From: Lingula anatina
Taxonomy: Eukaryota > Animalia > Brachiopoda
Assembly (NCBI GenBank): GCA_051362555.1
Contig: CM120646.1
Location: forward strand, 18,228,001 to 18,292,000
Direction of reading: 5' to 3'
DNA: 64,000 nt
Shown here: positions 39,601-54,000 of the stretch, piece after piece
Layout of the letters: every line of letters begins with the position of its first letter
Position numbering within the stretch: position 1 is the stretch's first letter
Made by a program: the position numbers and the translations under genes
The notes under the pieces: model-generated
What the model was told of the DNA's origin: nothing
What the model saw: the letters and a program-made list of their open reading frames with translations, nothing else
Database searches by the model: none

Positions 39601-42600
39601 CCCATTACTAGTACAATTATCCAGTGAAGTTAACTCAGACCAGAACCAGTTCAGGTTTATCTCTCCTACTGAACAGCCCTTAATGTAAGGGTATACATAT
39701 TAATAAACTAGGACTCTCACCTGATATCTGCATGGTCCCTGACGCCAGCAGGGTGAACCTTGGGTTGTTTGCCAGCAGGGGCTGGTTGGCCTTGTACCAC
39801 TGTATTGTAGGGGAGGGGTCCCCTGAGGCTTGGCACTGCAGCATGGCGTGGGTGCTGACATGGAGGGTCTGGTTCGATGGACCCTGATGGATGATGGGAG
39901 GTGGTCGTGGGTCCACATCTGGAATTATGAAAAAACCAGGAGTTCTTAATGTTAACCTCAAACATTATATATAATCAAAAAAAAAAAAATTCTACAATTT
40001 TCAGTATTATTATTATTTAGTTTTCATCATGATGACCTTCACCTTGCACTGTGATCCTTGCCCTTGCAAAAGCAGTCCCTGCCACACTCACTGCCTGGCA
40101 CAGGTATATACCATCATCACTCCTTCTAATGTCCTCTATCTTTAATGTTCCACCATCTGAAACTGTAAACCTGCCGTACCCTTGTCTCGGAAAAAACAAA
40201 ACCTGCAAACAAAGCAAGCAAGTTTTCGGTGAGAAATCCAAGATACAGAAAAAGAAGCTCAAAGAGTCACACCACCTCCTTTTATTGCTTGGCACAACTA
40301 GTGCATTCATTGACAAAGCAACTTTCTGTTCAGTAACTCAATCTGTAATCACTATACAGATTTACTGCTTCAAAGATTTTTGTCATTGATACCGAGAGTA
40401 GTAGTGACACATAAGTTTCTTAAACTCCAGAGGACAAAATCTCCATGACTACAGGCCATACTTTACCTTACTCTGCTCTTTATTCCAGTACAAGGCTGGC
40501 GGGGGATTACCAGTCACAGCACAGCGAAGAGACACCGTCCTCCCAACACCCACTGTCTTGTCCCTAGGCGTAATGGTGAACTCTGGCAGAGCTAGAATTG
40601 GGAATGAAATCGAGTCAAATATTAATTGCATTTCACAGACACATCAGAGTACGCATCATTAAATAGAAATCAAATCAAATAACAATTATTTATCACAGAC
40701 ATGTCAAAAATGTGTTATGTAAAAAAGAACAATGTAACAAGTATTCACACACAATTTTGTTTAAAATGGGACATAAACCCATATTTTATGTTTCCATAGC
40801 CCAAAAATAATATTATTTGGTAAATTTAATTTGTAAAGTATTCTATGATTTCTTGCCAAATATAACAATGACACAGCTGAAGCTTCATTTATCAATTTAT
40901 TTCCTTTTTCATTTATAATTTTGCTTTAACTTAGTTTTGATGTGAACATGACCATAAAACTATAAATCAGCAATATACATACACTGTACAGTCAGCCTGG
41001 CTTGGGCATCCTTATAACCCACTGGATTAGAAGCTCGACATATATACACCCCTTCATCACTAATCTCAGCCAGCTTCAGCTCCAGGGTCCCATCCTCTCG
41101 GACATTGTACCTCCCCAGGGGCATCTCCCCCTCCTCTCTTCTCCAGGCAATGGTGGGGGCGGGGTCCCCAGAGGCAGCACACTTGAACTCCACTCCCTGA
41201 CCTTTTTGAATTTCTTTGTCCTGGGGTGGTTCTGTGAACTCTGGTTTCTCTGCAACATGAAGAAAAAATTCAGCAAACCGCACTGGTGTGTGGAGACTGT
41301 CTGAACCGGTTGTGTTGGACCTCTACCACATTTCTGCCCCAATACCTCCAAAACTGACTTTTTAAAAGTTTTTAACTCTTATTAATACATTGAGTGGAAA
41401 AGTGGAAAGGCAACATCAGTTAAATTATCCTGTCTGTTACGTCTATTCAATGTAATTCCTTGCATATCGTCAAACAATGTACTATATCTATATTTAACAT
41501 GGTACCTTCGAATGTTAAGCTATATCTTTTTAACATGGTACCTTGTACAGCAACATATGCGCTGACGCTCTCCCTTTCTCCTGCTCTGTTCCTGGCCACA
41601 CATACATAGGTGCCAGTGTCTGTCTTCTGTGCCTGCGATATTGTCAGCTTGCCGCTGTCGTCAATGGCAACCCTCCTGTCCCTCTCAATGACAATCCCGT
41701 CCTTTTTCCAAAGTATGGTCGGCTTGGGCTTTCCACGTGGAGGGTCGCACTCGAGAACAATGTCATCGTTAATGGCTGCCTTGGTCGAGTGCGGATTGGT
41801 CTCAAACTCATCACGCAGAACTGAAAATCAAAATGATGATATTAAAGATGCAAATTCATATACTAGCTTGAAAGTCATGAGATTTGAGTGTTTTTTTTTC
41901 TTAGTTGGAAACAAAAAAGTAAAAATAAAGAAATCAACCAAGTTTTGTTCATTTATATGGAGGTATCATCCATGAACTGATCAACAGAAGCAAATAATTG
42001 AAAATAGCTCAAAAGCAAAATTTACACAAAGAGAACTCAGTTGCCCTCTTTCCACTAGTAACCTAAGAGAAAAACCTGGACAGACCATCCAAAAATATCT
42101 AAATTCTATAGATTTTTGTGTGCTAGACTCATCAGAGATCTTAATTTGCACCAAAAACTATCAACTTCAGCACAGTTTCTCGAGCTGAAAATGAAGGGGG
42201 AGGGGGAACAATCTAAGATTCTCAATACTATATACACCACCATCCTTGAGTTTCCCTTCAATCTTTATCCCTCCCATAATATGGTTTCTGCATAATTTCA
42301 CCATGCAGCCCCAGTCTGTGTGTACCTAGAAGCTGTAGGATCAGGTTGAACAAATATTTCCCAAGATAAAACATAATTAAAGATCAAAGGACCAAGAGAT
42401 GGGCAGGCTCCTAGGCAAGGTAAACCAGGCATTCCTCAGAGTCAAGTACAAAGATTCTAGGAATAGACTTCAGGGAAAGTCTAAATATCCCAAATGTTTA
42501 TACTGGCTGCCTATGCCCAGAGGGAGGGCTCTAGAACCAAGGATGGAAATATTTTCTGTTGAGTTTGCACATGTTGGTTTCTTTCCTGGTGGTGGGGGCA

Positions 42601-45018
42601 GAGGGGGGGGGGGGGAGAGATGGGAGGGGAACAAGCCGATTCACATATTCCATTGCATGGAGTGGTAGTTTTATTTGCAGATTTTGAAATTAAAATCAAG
42701 ATATCTGAGATGTATGGTAAATTTATAAGGTTGCACATATACTCTCACCTTAATCTGTTTCTGTTACTAAGTTTTACTGCTAGTTATTTGAGATTAAATG
42801 GAAGTTAAAGTCAGCAATACTGCAATAAATCCACACCAGCAAGTACCATAAAAACACTTAACAGTGATATCATCAAAACTACGTAAAACAGCAGGCTATA
42901 CAGTAAATAAAGTACACTGACTGCTTCTAGACCCACTTCAAATATATAGTTATGTGCACTTGAAGAGGTTTACACAGAAAACCTGTTAGACATGATTGGC
43001 AAATTTGAGATATACCTCCCACATTATCCATCACTACTTATTCCTTGGCATATTCTCTCAAAATACTTTCATTATACAATGAGTAGATTTGAGAGGCTGC
43101 ACATTGTTCTTATGTGGTACCTACAGATAGTGACAAAGAAAACTATGAAACTAGACATGAAAATGGCCTTACACTAACAGATATTATTCTTAATTGTCCT
43201 CTAAATGGCTAAAGTCCTCCATGAGGCTTTAAGACACTGGAAAAATGTTTTTTTTCTTTCTTATCATAGCTTCCGATATGATAAGTTAATGGGATTTCAA
43301 GAACAAACTGGCATGCTTCTCCTTATAAACTAAAAAAGCCTATACATTAGGCAGGGTAATGTAAGCTGCCAGCTGGATAAATATCAAATTGGACAAGATA
43401 ATTTTTTTAATGACCTGCTTTCCTGATTGGCCTACAAATAATACTTCATTTCAAATTGTTACAACCTTTCTCATTTTTTCTGATGACACATCCTTTGACC
43501 AAAATTACAAAAGAAAAGCAACCTGCATCCCAGTTTGAAACCATATTCCATCAACTTCAGTGATGGGGAATTTGCTTCAATATGACCTATGGGCCAAGGG
43601 AGTCCTCCATGTTAAACTTCTTTATAATAATATCTATTCTTCATGCAGGAAAAAATACCAACTTTGCTCCATGTGGTGTGTCACAAATAGGCAAAAATAA
43701 TTCCGTGAATACTTTTTACAAGATATTAAACTACATTTAATAACATATTTTTGGATGACGCCCAAATTTATGTTTATTTGTGTGCCACAAAGAACACTAT
43801 TATCTTCTTACCTGCCTAATGTAAAGGTTGGGGGGGGGGGGAGGCTGCTTATCCTAAGGTAACATGTCTTTGTACTTATGGCATGTTAGGATATCAAGGA
43901 GGTGGCAAACCTCTGAAAACTGGAGGTAGCCATTTCTTCTGTATAGTAATCTCGAGTGAGGAATTACCCAGAGACCTACATATGCTGTACAGTGATTACC
44001 GACCAGCCTTATCTTTTCTAATATTATACAGTTGTATTTAATGAAGCAGGCAGGACCTGTGCTCAGACAAATCCTACATGAATCTACTTAATGGCATAAC
44101 TGATAACGGATTACTGTCAGATTTGTCATAATTTTACTAGCTTTCCAAGCATAAATGGTGATAAGTAGCTTAAAGCTTTAGTTCATATATTTATTATGGA
44201 ATGGCTTGTCTATTAATTGCCTGGTGAAAACAATAACACATAATTCTACAATTTCATCTTTGTCTAGGTGAAATCTTATGATAAAGTCAAGTAAAAGTCG
44301 TCTATCTTGCGAAACATTCTGGTACTGCTGTATTGCTAAGATTAAATCATGTGTTAGTCCTTCTCACATTGAGCAAGGCAGTTTTTCGTAACCCACCAGT
44401 TTGTCTAGCAAGTAACTATGCTATGTGGATTTTAAACCATTTCACAAGCTCCAATGTACTATTAAAAAATAATCAACTTATGTGGCTGTGTTGAGCGCGA
44501 ATATACATTCTTATGTAAAAGCCAGGCTACAAAGTCACTAATCGCTCAAACTGGATCCAAAAAACTATACCGCTTGATATCAAAAGGGCCTTCCTTACCT
44601 GCTATTTCCAAGGTTGCGTTCCTACTTATTGCACTTCCATGGATATTAGTAGCATTGCAGTAATATGTCCCTACATCTGGCTTGTTGTTCTTGTTGTGTA
44701 TAATCCTTAAAAAGAACAATTGACCATTGGGCAGTAACATCCTGTGCGATGCTGTATCCTCGTTGGACGTTATCACTGGCACGCCGTCTTTGTACCACGT
44801 GATGGTGGGCTTAGGCATGCCCTCGGCCCCACAGTTCAAGGTTGCGGGTTCATTCCTTGCCACGTAGGCATCAGTGGGGTTTTCAACTATACGGGGGTTG
44901 GGGTGGATGGTTTCAGCCACTATGTCTGAAATGACAAAAACAAGCAAATTTGAACACTTGAAGATGATTTTTTTAATTAAAAATATTGTACTTGATACTA
45001 CATTTCGTGAAATGTAAA

Positions 45019-45050
<32 letters not shown>

Positions 45051-48000
45051 ATAAATGCAGGTTATAATTATATAACTGAAGAAGATAAAGAAGAATGAAC
45101 CAAAGGCATTATGTTGCAATCATAAGACTGAATTCATTGTATTCCACTCTATGGTGCCTATACAAAATGAGTTTTCTAAATAATTTATCTCTAGGTCTAT
45201 TAATTTTTATCAATCATAAGTTTCTTTCACTAAATGAAAAGTGATACCAGATTTGTGCACCCTGTCTTTAATTAGATTTGAAGAGAAAATTTAAGTAAAA
45301 GATGTATTTATTGTTTCAGTAATCTATGCCTGTGATTTCAGCAAGACATTTGGTCAATGGGCATCTTGGATAACAGTCTACATCAGTGTGGCAACCCTAA
45401 TGTTTATTTCTTTACCACTTTTCTCCTAGACTAATGGCTGTGCTTTTTCCTAACCCTTTTCCTTTGGTTATTTTAAGGCTGTTTTTTTACCAGAAAAAAA
45501 TAGCACTGAGAGATATAACAGGTGGCGGAAATGCAAGCATTCCAATTGCCTGTGTGTAGAAGATCATCCACTAGAATTCCATTGAGGTTATCACTCTGGT
45601 AGGTTGTGTTGTAAGATAAAACATTCATTTTTGTATTGTGCTTTAAATATCAAAAAAGGCTCAAGTTTTAGTTTAAAAGCACAAGCAAACCTCACAAAAA
45701 GTGGTGATTTCTCTTTTTATTTTGGACAAAAACATTTTCAGAAACAATTGACTTACTGACAAACGAATCACTTTGGTCTCACAAACTTTGACGTTGTCAA
45801 AATAAATGCAGCTGTGCTTTATATGCAACTCAATTTCTAAACCTCTTCTCTTTTTCTTAACAAAGGCAACCATCCATTTAACTCTTAGCATGCATGATAT
45901 ATTACATTCAGAAATACAGTAGGGTTTCCTACAAGTGTTTAATAAACAGGCAATCTCAACAGTAATAAAAAATATCTTCTCTTGCCACCCATGGAGATTA
46001 AATGATTAGCTGAGGTCATAAAGGGCAAGTGCATGGCCCAGGAACATTTGTTAAAAGTAAATGACATTCATTCACTTTCATTTCATTTGAACGCAGTTGC
46101 TTAAAAATAAGTTCCCACAAGTTATAATATATTATTCTTGTAATTCAGCTGAATTGGAATGTACTGCTATAAACCAGAATTACAATGAAAAAGGACAAAA
46201 GAAAAGGCAGTTTGTCAGGATGTTGAATCAAATGGTTGAAACACAATCAAAATAATGAACTAGATTTCAGGGAGACCTGTAAACTCTAACTTGAACGAAC
46301 CAACATTATAAACACATTGCATTTTTTCTGCATTGTCCCCATCTAGATAACCCCATGACATTGCCTCCTAAAAACTAACCTGGCCATCTGAAATGGCTTG
46401 TACTGCAAGCCCAAAGAAATGGTCTTTTTTGTGATCAAATGCCAAAAAAATGACCCTGAGTGTAGAGGTCCAACTTCGCCTTCCTTGACAGGGGTGAATG
46501 AAAGTATATCTGACAAAACATCAAAGGAGCAGAAGAAGAAAGGCAGAACAAACATTTCACCCTGAAAAACTTTTCCCTGTCCAACATAACTTCACAACGC
46601 CTTCATGGTCCTTGGACTTCTAAGCCAATTTTTTTTCTTTCTCTGAATGTCTTTTTTAGTTCCACTTTTTTCAAGCAAAGAATTTTTAGTTAAAAGCTTT
46701 TAGGGTCACAATCATCTTAAAAACCTACAAATGGAAAATATCTCCAAGATAAGAACATGGACTTTAAAACTATTCAATTAAATCTGACACAATAGTTTTC
46801 AACTTACAAATAAACACCTGTAGCAAGCACATTTTTTTCAGACATAGCTTCAAGTGCTTTTCATTATGAGGACAATTGAAATATATTTTTATAATTATGG
46901 CACTTATTTCTTTGACAAGCAATGTAAACAGTAGTTTTGAAGAATGAGGAAATACGTACACAAATAAATGCGCACAGGCATGCACGCATGCACAAACACA
47001 CATGCAGGCCATGACATGTGTGTGACAACAATACACACCCTTGCCTTCATTCAAAATGATCATGAAAATAGAAAACCACCACACACTGCCAAAGTCTACA
47101 CATAAAATTTCCATACTCCAGAATCCTTCAATCACCTTTTTAATGGCATATAACTCACTGTATTTTCATTTTTTTAACAACCGACATCTTCAAATCAACA
47201 TCACTGTTTGACAAAATTCATTCACAAACAAGAATCTATGGGAAAAGGAAGACAGCAGCAACCTATTCTTCTACTCCAAGTGTGGTCTTCAGGAGGAAAA
47301 ATATTTATCTTTTGTCTGCTGTGTTGGTATTGTTTCTGAATGTTTGTATAATGTTCTCGTCCTGATATTTTACAACTCATTAATCCTTCCCGATCTCAGA
47401 GTCAAAACAAAATGGAGGATTTTCTGAGGTGTTTGGAATCACAATGCTTGAACTACAATAATACTAATACTGCTGTTTTTTTTTTAATGTACATTCCACT
47501 TGGGTGGGTTGCTTTGTATACACATCCCTACTAAGAGCTTCTTAGACCAATGTTCAAATTGGGACTCATTTTGCCATTGCAAAGGGGTGGGTCAAATGTG
47601 CATGTGCATAGGCATGCATGCATGCATATTTATATGACCCCCTCACACATTCAAGTAACACAGATGCATGCACACACATTTCTACTAATATCAGGCTACA
47701 AACTATTCTTAACATTTAAACACTCTATTGCAAGTAATTGAAACCAATTCTCTTCCATACATAATGGCCATGTGTACATATCTTAGACAAAAGTGAAATT
47801 ACTGAGACAACATTTTACTACACCAACTTATGAGAACACTAAATCATGAATGTACTATTTTGTATTAGTTATATGTAGTAGGCAAATCGGACTAGAAATC
47901 TATATCATATCTATATCAAACAAGACTACTGAATGCCAAAAGCCATTTTTCTGCTCATTTCTTATCGTACGACATTACTAGGCACCTTAAGTCTGAGAAA

Positions 48001-51000
48001 CTATTAAACTGTAGCGTCAATCCATATCCACTTAACGAGAACAATCTCGCAGAACCAGGCTCTAAAGGCACAATATACTACGGGGCAATATCAGTAGTCG
48101 GCTCTCTCAAAAGGTTGTGTGGGTGATTGTTGTATCTCCACTCAGAGAGCTGTCTGATAGCTGTTTGTTTTGACATTTAGAACAAGTTTGAAGGGGAGGG
48201 AAACATGCACAGCAACAAACATGTTTGAGTGTCCAAGAGTGCCAAAAGGATGCAAGCACTTTCAAGCCAATACAGTGCTTACTCCAACAACTACAGCACC
48301 AATGCAACTTGGCTAATCTTATCCAAGACTGTGATAAGGATGTGTACCCTGAAAGTTATTCCTAAATTTACCTGTACATAACAAATATTCATTGTGTGTA
48401 TACATGTCAATGACTAAGCCAATGCCTGCTGCATGACCATAATGAGCTCCCCCCCCCCCCCCCCCCCCCTCCTCCCCAGCTCTGGTGTCCTCATATATAA
48501 AAACAGACAGTCATTACTGAGAGGGATTGTTTCTCCGTTATGCCAATACTTAGAATTGTCATTATCTCAAAGTATAACTAAAAGTTGAATAAATAGTTGT
48601 AAAAACTGCAGAAAAACAAGGCCAAAGTTTTACTTTTTGATTTTCAGAGAGCAAAACTTTCATTTGTGGAGGGAGGGGCTAGGCACACTGCAGAGAAATG
48701 GCACATGTCCAAACCTATGACCTTGTCAAAACATCAAACATTCTCAGCCACCACTTGGGTGTACACTGTCCAGATATCCAGCATCCAATTACCTGATGAT
48801 AAGTGTCACACCTCCATCAAACTGACCATGAAATGTCTGCTTACAGAATCAACACTGCTTATTGCTTTAGCTGTTGGGGGTAAAACACTGTCCAAGATTT
48901 ATAAAATCCACACCCAGTGGCCTATACACAGGTCTAGAAGGCTGGGTGTTTGGTTAAGCAACAACAGGCAGGCCTATGCTAGTGTAGTTCCACTCTGGCT
49001 GGTGTTAAAACAGACTTGCATGCCAAGGATGGCTTTATCCCCCCTCCTAGTTTTTTGCCATTAATAGAAGGACGATATTTCCACATTCATATATAGGACT
49101 AACTTTCCATGGCCAGTTAAGAAAAGGGCAACCCAACTCCTTACCAAAAGTATTTTGTATCAAACACTATGATAATGATGACAGAGGGGCCAATGGCACC
49201 TGCCAGAATGGTTCCGTACCCCGCCACATTATAAACCCAATACTGTCAAACCCCAACTGTCAGTCAAAAGAACATCTGGTTGAGTGGAACCTTCTTGGGT
49301 GTCTTGTGCCTAGTCTACCACATGAGGGAGTTTCTAAGGGTGCATTCCCAGAGATTTAGATCGATCCAGAGATTAAGATTTAGATCGACCTAACTCCCTG
49401 GGGGTTCACGCTAAATTGCAGTCAGCCGAGCGCACACCATAGTTATTTACCCTTTACAGCTTTTAGTAGGCGGGACAGACGCTTGAGCCGGCTAAGCTGA
49501 AAGTAATCTAGTGAGACTCCCCACAGGGATAGATCGATCTAAAATCTATAAGAATGGGGTCTAAGGAGACTTCTGATACTAAAAGTGACTATAACAATGA
49601 CCAGCCATCAGAAGATCACTGTCCAAATCAGTTGGTCATAATGGTTCTAGTAGCTGTAATGTGGAGTTTTCTTAAAGACCAGTAGTTATTGTTTACTAAA
49701 AGACTCCAAAAATGTTCATCAGCAATGAACATTTAGTGTGTACAGCAATTTGCATACCATTTCTTAAACAAAGTATTGAGTTTTTTGCAGTTATGAAGCA
49801 ATATGTCATATATACAACCAGTTTCACACTGAATCTAAGGGAATAAAATGATGAGGATAAGGAAGCCATTGCTGGTTACTCCAGATCTGGAGTTAGTTGC
49901 CAACAGCTCAGCCATACTCAGACATCCAGACAACTCATTTACATGTTGCCATGGCATTGCTCACTAGAGGCTCTCTTCACAAGTCTCAACAATTACTTCA
50001 TTAACAGATTCCAAGAAGTGTTGAGTGCTGATGTAAGAACCCTCCAACAGTCATCAAATGACCATCTCAAATGACCATGGTGTGGAATTCTGACACATTC
50101 TTGGCGACTTTCTGGCGCCATTTGAAATAAATATGGTAATTGTCCAGTGGAACAATAATGGCCTTGGGAGCAGGTAATTAGTGATTCACTACATGATTTC
50201 CCATAAATGATTGACTCAGGAATTGGAAATAAAAGATACCCTAATCATAGCATTGATGAGAAACTCCCCAAATTCAATTTTACTTCAGGAATTTTTTGAG
50301 ATAAATTCTTTAGGTTATCTCTGCTTTTGTCCTTGGGGATATCAACACCATGATTACCAGTGTATTTATCTGGCTTTTCAATATTAGCCATCTACTGTTC
50401 ACTATTGATAAAGTATTTGGGTGAAATTAAGCAAAAATTCCTGCATTTCATAAATAAAGCTTTAAAGTTACTGTTTTTGAAAAAAAATTCATTTAATATG
50501 TTATAATTCATTCCTTGTATTCTTTTACTACTGAAAAGTATTCAGGTTAAGGGCTAAAGAAAATTGTCATTGTATTCTTTCTGTTTCGCACATTTCGTGT
50601 AATCAACCCATTGATTTCGTGTAATCAACCCATTAAAATGTGACTTGATGAAACATATGGTCAGTCAATAAATTCACCACTTGTGGTTTGTTAAGTCATC
50701 ACCTCTCAGTGCAAACCACCCTGCAGTCCAATATGCTTTCCACTTGTTCAAATCATCTCCACTACACATATTTATGAGTCAGCAAAACAATTTATTGTGG
50801 AAAGGATGGCCCTGTGGTCATTTACAGTCTAAGCATGTGTTTTAAGAAAACATGAAATAAGTGGACTGACTACTGAAGAACCAGCAGGGGAATACCACAT
50901 TTTCGATGTACTCACACATGCATATTGAGAGAGAGAGGGAGAGAGAGGGGGAGAGGAGATAGAAGGAGAGTGGGAGAGAGGGAAGGAAGGAGAGAGTAGA

Positions 51001-54000
51001 GATGAGAGACATTAGGGCAACTGCAAATTGCTATTTTTAGTGGTGTTAGTTAACAGAGGCAAAAACACTCTGGTAACAGGTTATTGAAAAAGCCTGGCTT
51101 TTTTGCTGAAAAACAATTACTTAAAAGTGCTGATAATACGCTGTGCAGTGCAAACACAGAACAAGTGTTATTTGGCATCCCAACTTGTTAAAACCTCCCA
51201 GCCTATTCCAAATTGACCTTTCCTTATCATATTCAAAGTCACTTCTGTGTTCAGAAAATTTGATTATACCACCAAACCTGCTAGATTAAATAAGCCCCCA
51301 AAAACAACGGAAGGGGCCAAGATTGAAATCTTTTCACACAATTAAGTAATCGATATTTTCCTTTTGTTTTATTCAAAGTTGGGGCTCTTTAGGGGTCATC
51401 TAGCATACCTATAAATGTTCTGTTCTCTCTTTCTTAACTTGAACCACTTAAATTTCTGAACCATTGTCAAAATTGGATGAACTAAAAATGATGTCTCAAA
51501 AACATTTTTGATATGTTTGAACATCTGCCAATATTGGAGAACCTTTCCAGTCACAGATTAAAAAAAAATCAATATATAAATGCAATTTGTTTCACAAAGT
51601 GCATTTGGGAAACTATCCAAACTATTGACTTTAAAAACCCATATGACTATTCGATTATTCTTATCTGTGTTTGTAATTTTCAGTATCAAAATGAAATAAA
51701 TGTTTTGGTTGTTGCTGTTGCTTTTTTTTTTTTGATAAACCAAAATAAATTTCATGGATTTCAGTTCTCTGCTTAGTGGACATATCGTTCTTTATCCCAG
51801 CTAAGTTCTTGCTATCTTAGTCCCTAATCATCTTTGGTATTGATCCAAGCTGGTAACTACCAGCAATTCTACAAATTGTCTGAAAACCCATGAGATGTCC
51901 CTATCTCTCCATTCTCAGACTGCATGTGGATCTGGCTTCACAAAAGAATTTCAAATCATGAGTTGATCTTTACTTTTAATATTGGCTACTTCTGTGCCAG
52001 AAAAAAACTACGAGTCCAAGAAAAGAACTGAGAAAGCCATTCTTGTTTTTTTTTTAATGGGAAAAATAATGCAATCAAATGAACTGTTCGTCTTTCCTCA
52101 AAATAGACTTTTTTGTTTTTAAGTAAAAAACATCTTTTGAACTGAAGTTCCTTTATGAGACCAGGCCCCTGCCACAGAGAAGCCAACTTTATAGGGACAA
52201 AATAGCTTATGTCGTGGACTGTGATGAAGATTTGATGTAGAACAAAATGATAGAAAACCCATGAGATTTCTGATGGTATGTAGTTAATGCTACAGAACCC
52301 TCATACATCTCGAGTTGAATTGTTAATGAACTAGAGGTGAATAGACAAACAACTGACATAAGCATACTGGTAAAGACAGAAATTCTTCCGGACTCTAAAT
52401 ATATGAATTTATTTGCCACATTAGCACTTTATATCCCTTTCATGCAGGTATAGCCATACAAGAAGACACAAAAACAGATGCATGCATGCACACAAATGCG
52501 CCTGCACTGTGACACATACATATTATGTCATGTGTCTGATGTACACATCTCCTTCCAAGCAGACTGGCAAGCTTTAACACAAGTGTTTATTTGAAGTGAG
52601 ACTGCAAGGCAGCATCTTGCAGAGAGTTTATCTAACATTCAGATAGAAATTTATCATGGCCTCATACCCCTGTGGGACAACTCTAAGTGAAGAAAGATTA
52701 GAATCCCATTTAGACTATTTCATGCCATCATATCTGTAATCTTTTAATGTGATTTCTTATGCAGCAGAGACAATCCCAATGAGACATCTTGGCATTTGTG
52801 ATTTCATTATTGTTGTTTTAAATTTCCCAATAAACATGTGAATAAACCCACAGACTTATTCCATTTTTAATATTTCTGTTAGGAATCGATGTCTCCGAAA
52901 TATTTTTGTGCTTTGCTACAGCATGATTTTCTATCATAACAAGGTTCAATTATAGCAGTATAGTAAAATTTATTCTCCTCTCCTCCCCCAACCTGAGAAA
53001 AATTCAGAATTTGTAAGTGGAACTAGCAACTCACAACCAACCAAGAGTGGAGACCATTTTAATTGAAGGCATCATGTAAATCAGGAAGAGTGTGTTTTGT
53101 CATCATTAACAACTTAATTTTTAGCAGTTCTCATTTGCATGCACTTCTGCAAATAAGCGTGGACATGGTCATACTAGACTTCAAACTTTTGGTGTGACAA
53201 ATACTCAATCACTCACCTGTTAAAAGCAACCATTGTGATGTATCACGTGTAAACAACAACAACAACTTTATTAAATCTGGCAGCCCATGTCCTCCTCAGC
53301 CATAGAGAATGATAGAGTGGTGTAGGCATGTTTTTTTGTTAATTTTTTGTTTGTTTTGTGAAGGCAATGACTCACACAGAGGATGAAGATCAAGTTTACA
53401 AAGGCTTGAGGAAACAACAGCTGCAATAATGGATAGACAGATGAGGGAGAAAGAGGGACTGGAACTTTGGATTGAGATGTTTGAAGAACTTTTTTCAATC
53501 ACTTTTCTGTTCATGTGACTGTTCATGTGAATTCATCTAATGTGGAACATTTGCAATATCATATAGATGGCAGTTTACTTCACTTGTGATTAGTAGGTAC
53601 AGAATGAAGGAAATGTTCAGATATTCAAGCCGAAATGACCAGATATTCCATTAAGCTACTTCAGACAACATTTGAACTTTGCAGAATTCAAAGACTAACA
53701 TATCACAAATATATAAGAATTTCAGCAATGTTGAAGTGGCACTTTAAAGATGAATAACCCCTGACCACCATGTGTCATGCCAGATGGCAAGTCTACACCA
53801 TAGTAATCTACCTCTTACCTTAATGTTTTCTTTATTAAGATTCCCATTACTGGTGTAACAATACCTGTCCACTCCAGTTGAAGTACAGGTAAGCTATCAC
53901 CTGCTCATCTGCCACGCCCACTCTCAATGTGACCCAGAACAGAAAGGCCATTCTGTAACCAGCTAACCTCCCCTTAATACAGACACCAGACTCATGTGAT

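Noticed and set aside
48107-48307. Cys-rich 66-aa ORF (MHWCCSC...VCCCAC) inside the Robo intron
   Set aside because: No true ATG start and no recognisable fold or splice context; TG-rich, CpG-depleted DNA produces Cys codons by chance.
50592-50634. Direct repeat ATTTCGTGTAATCAACCCATT x2, considered as CRISPR-like
   Set aside because: Only two adjacent copies with no spacer, in eukaryotic intron DNA; a simple tandem duplication.
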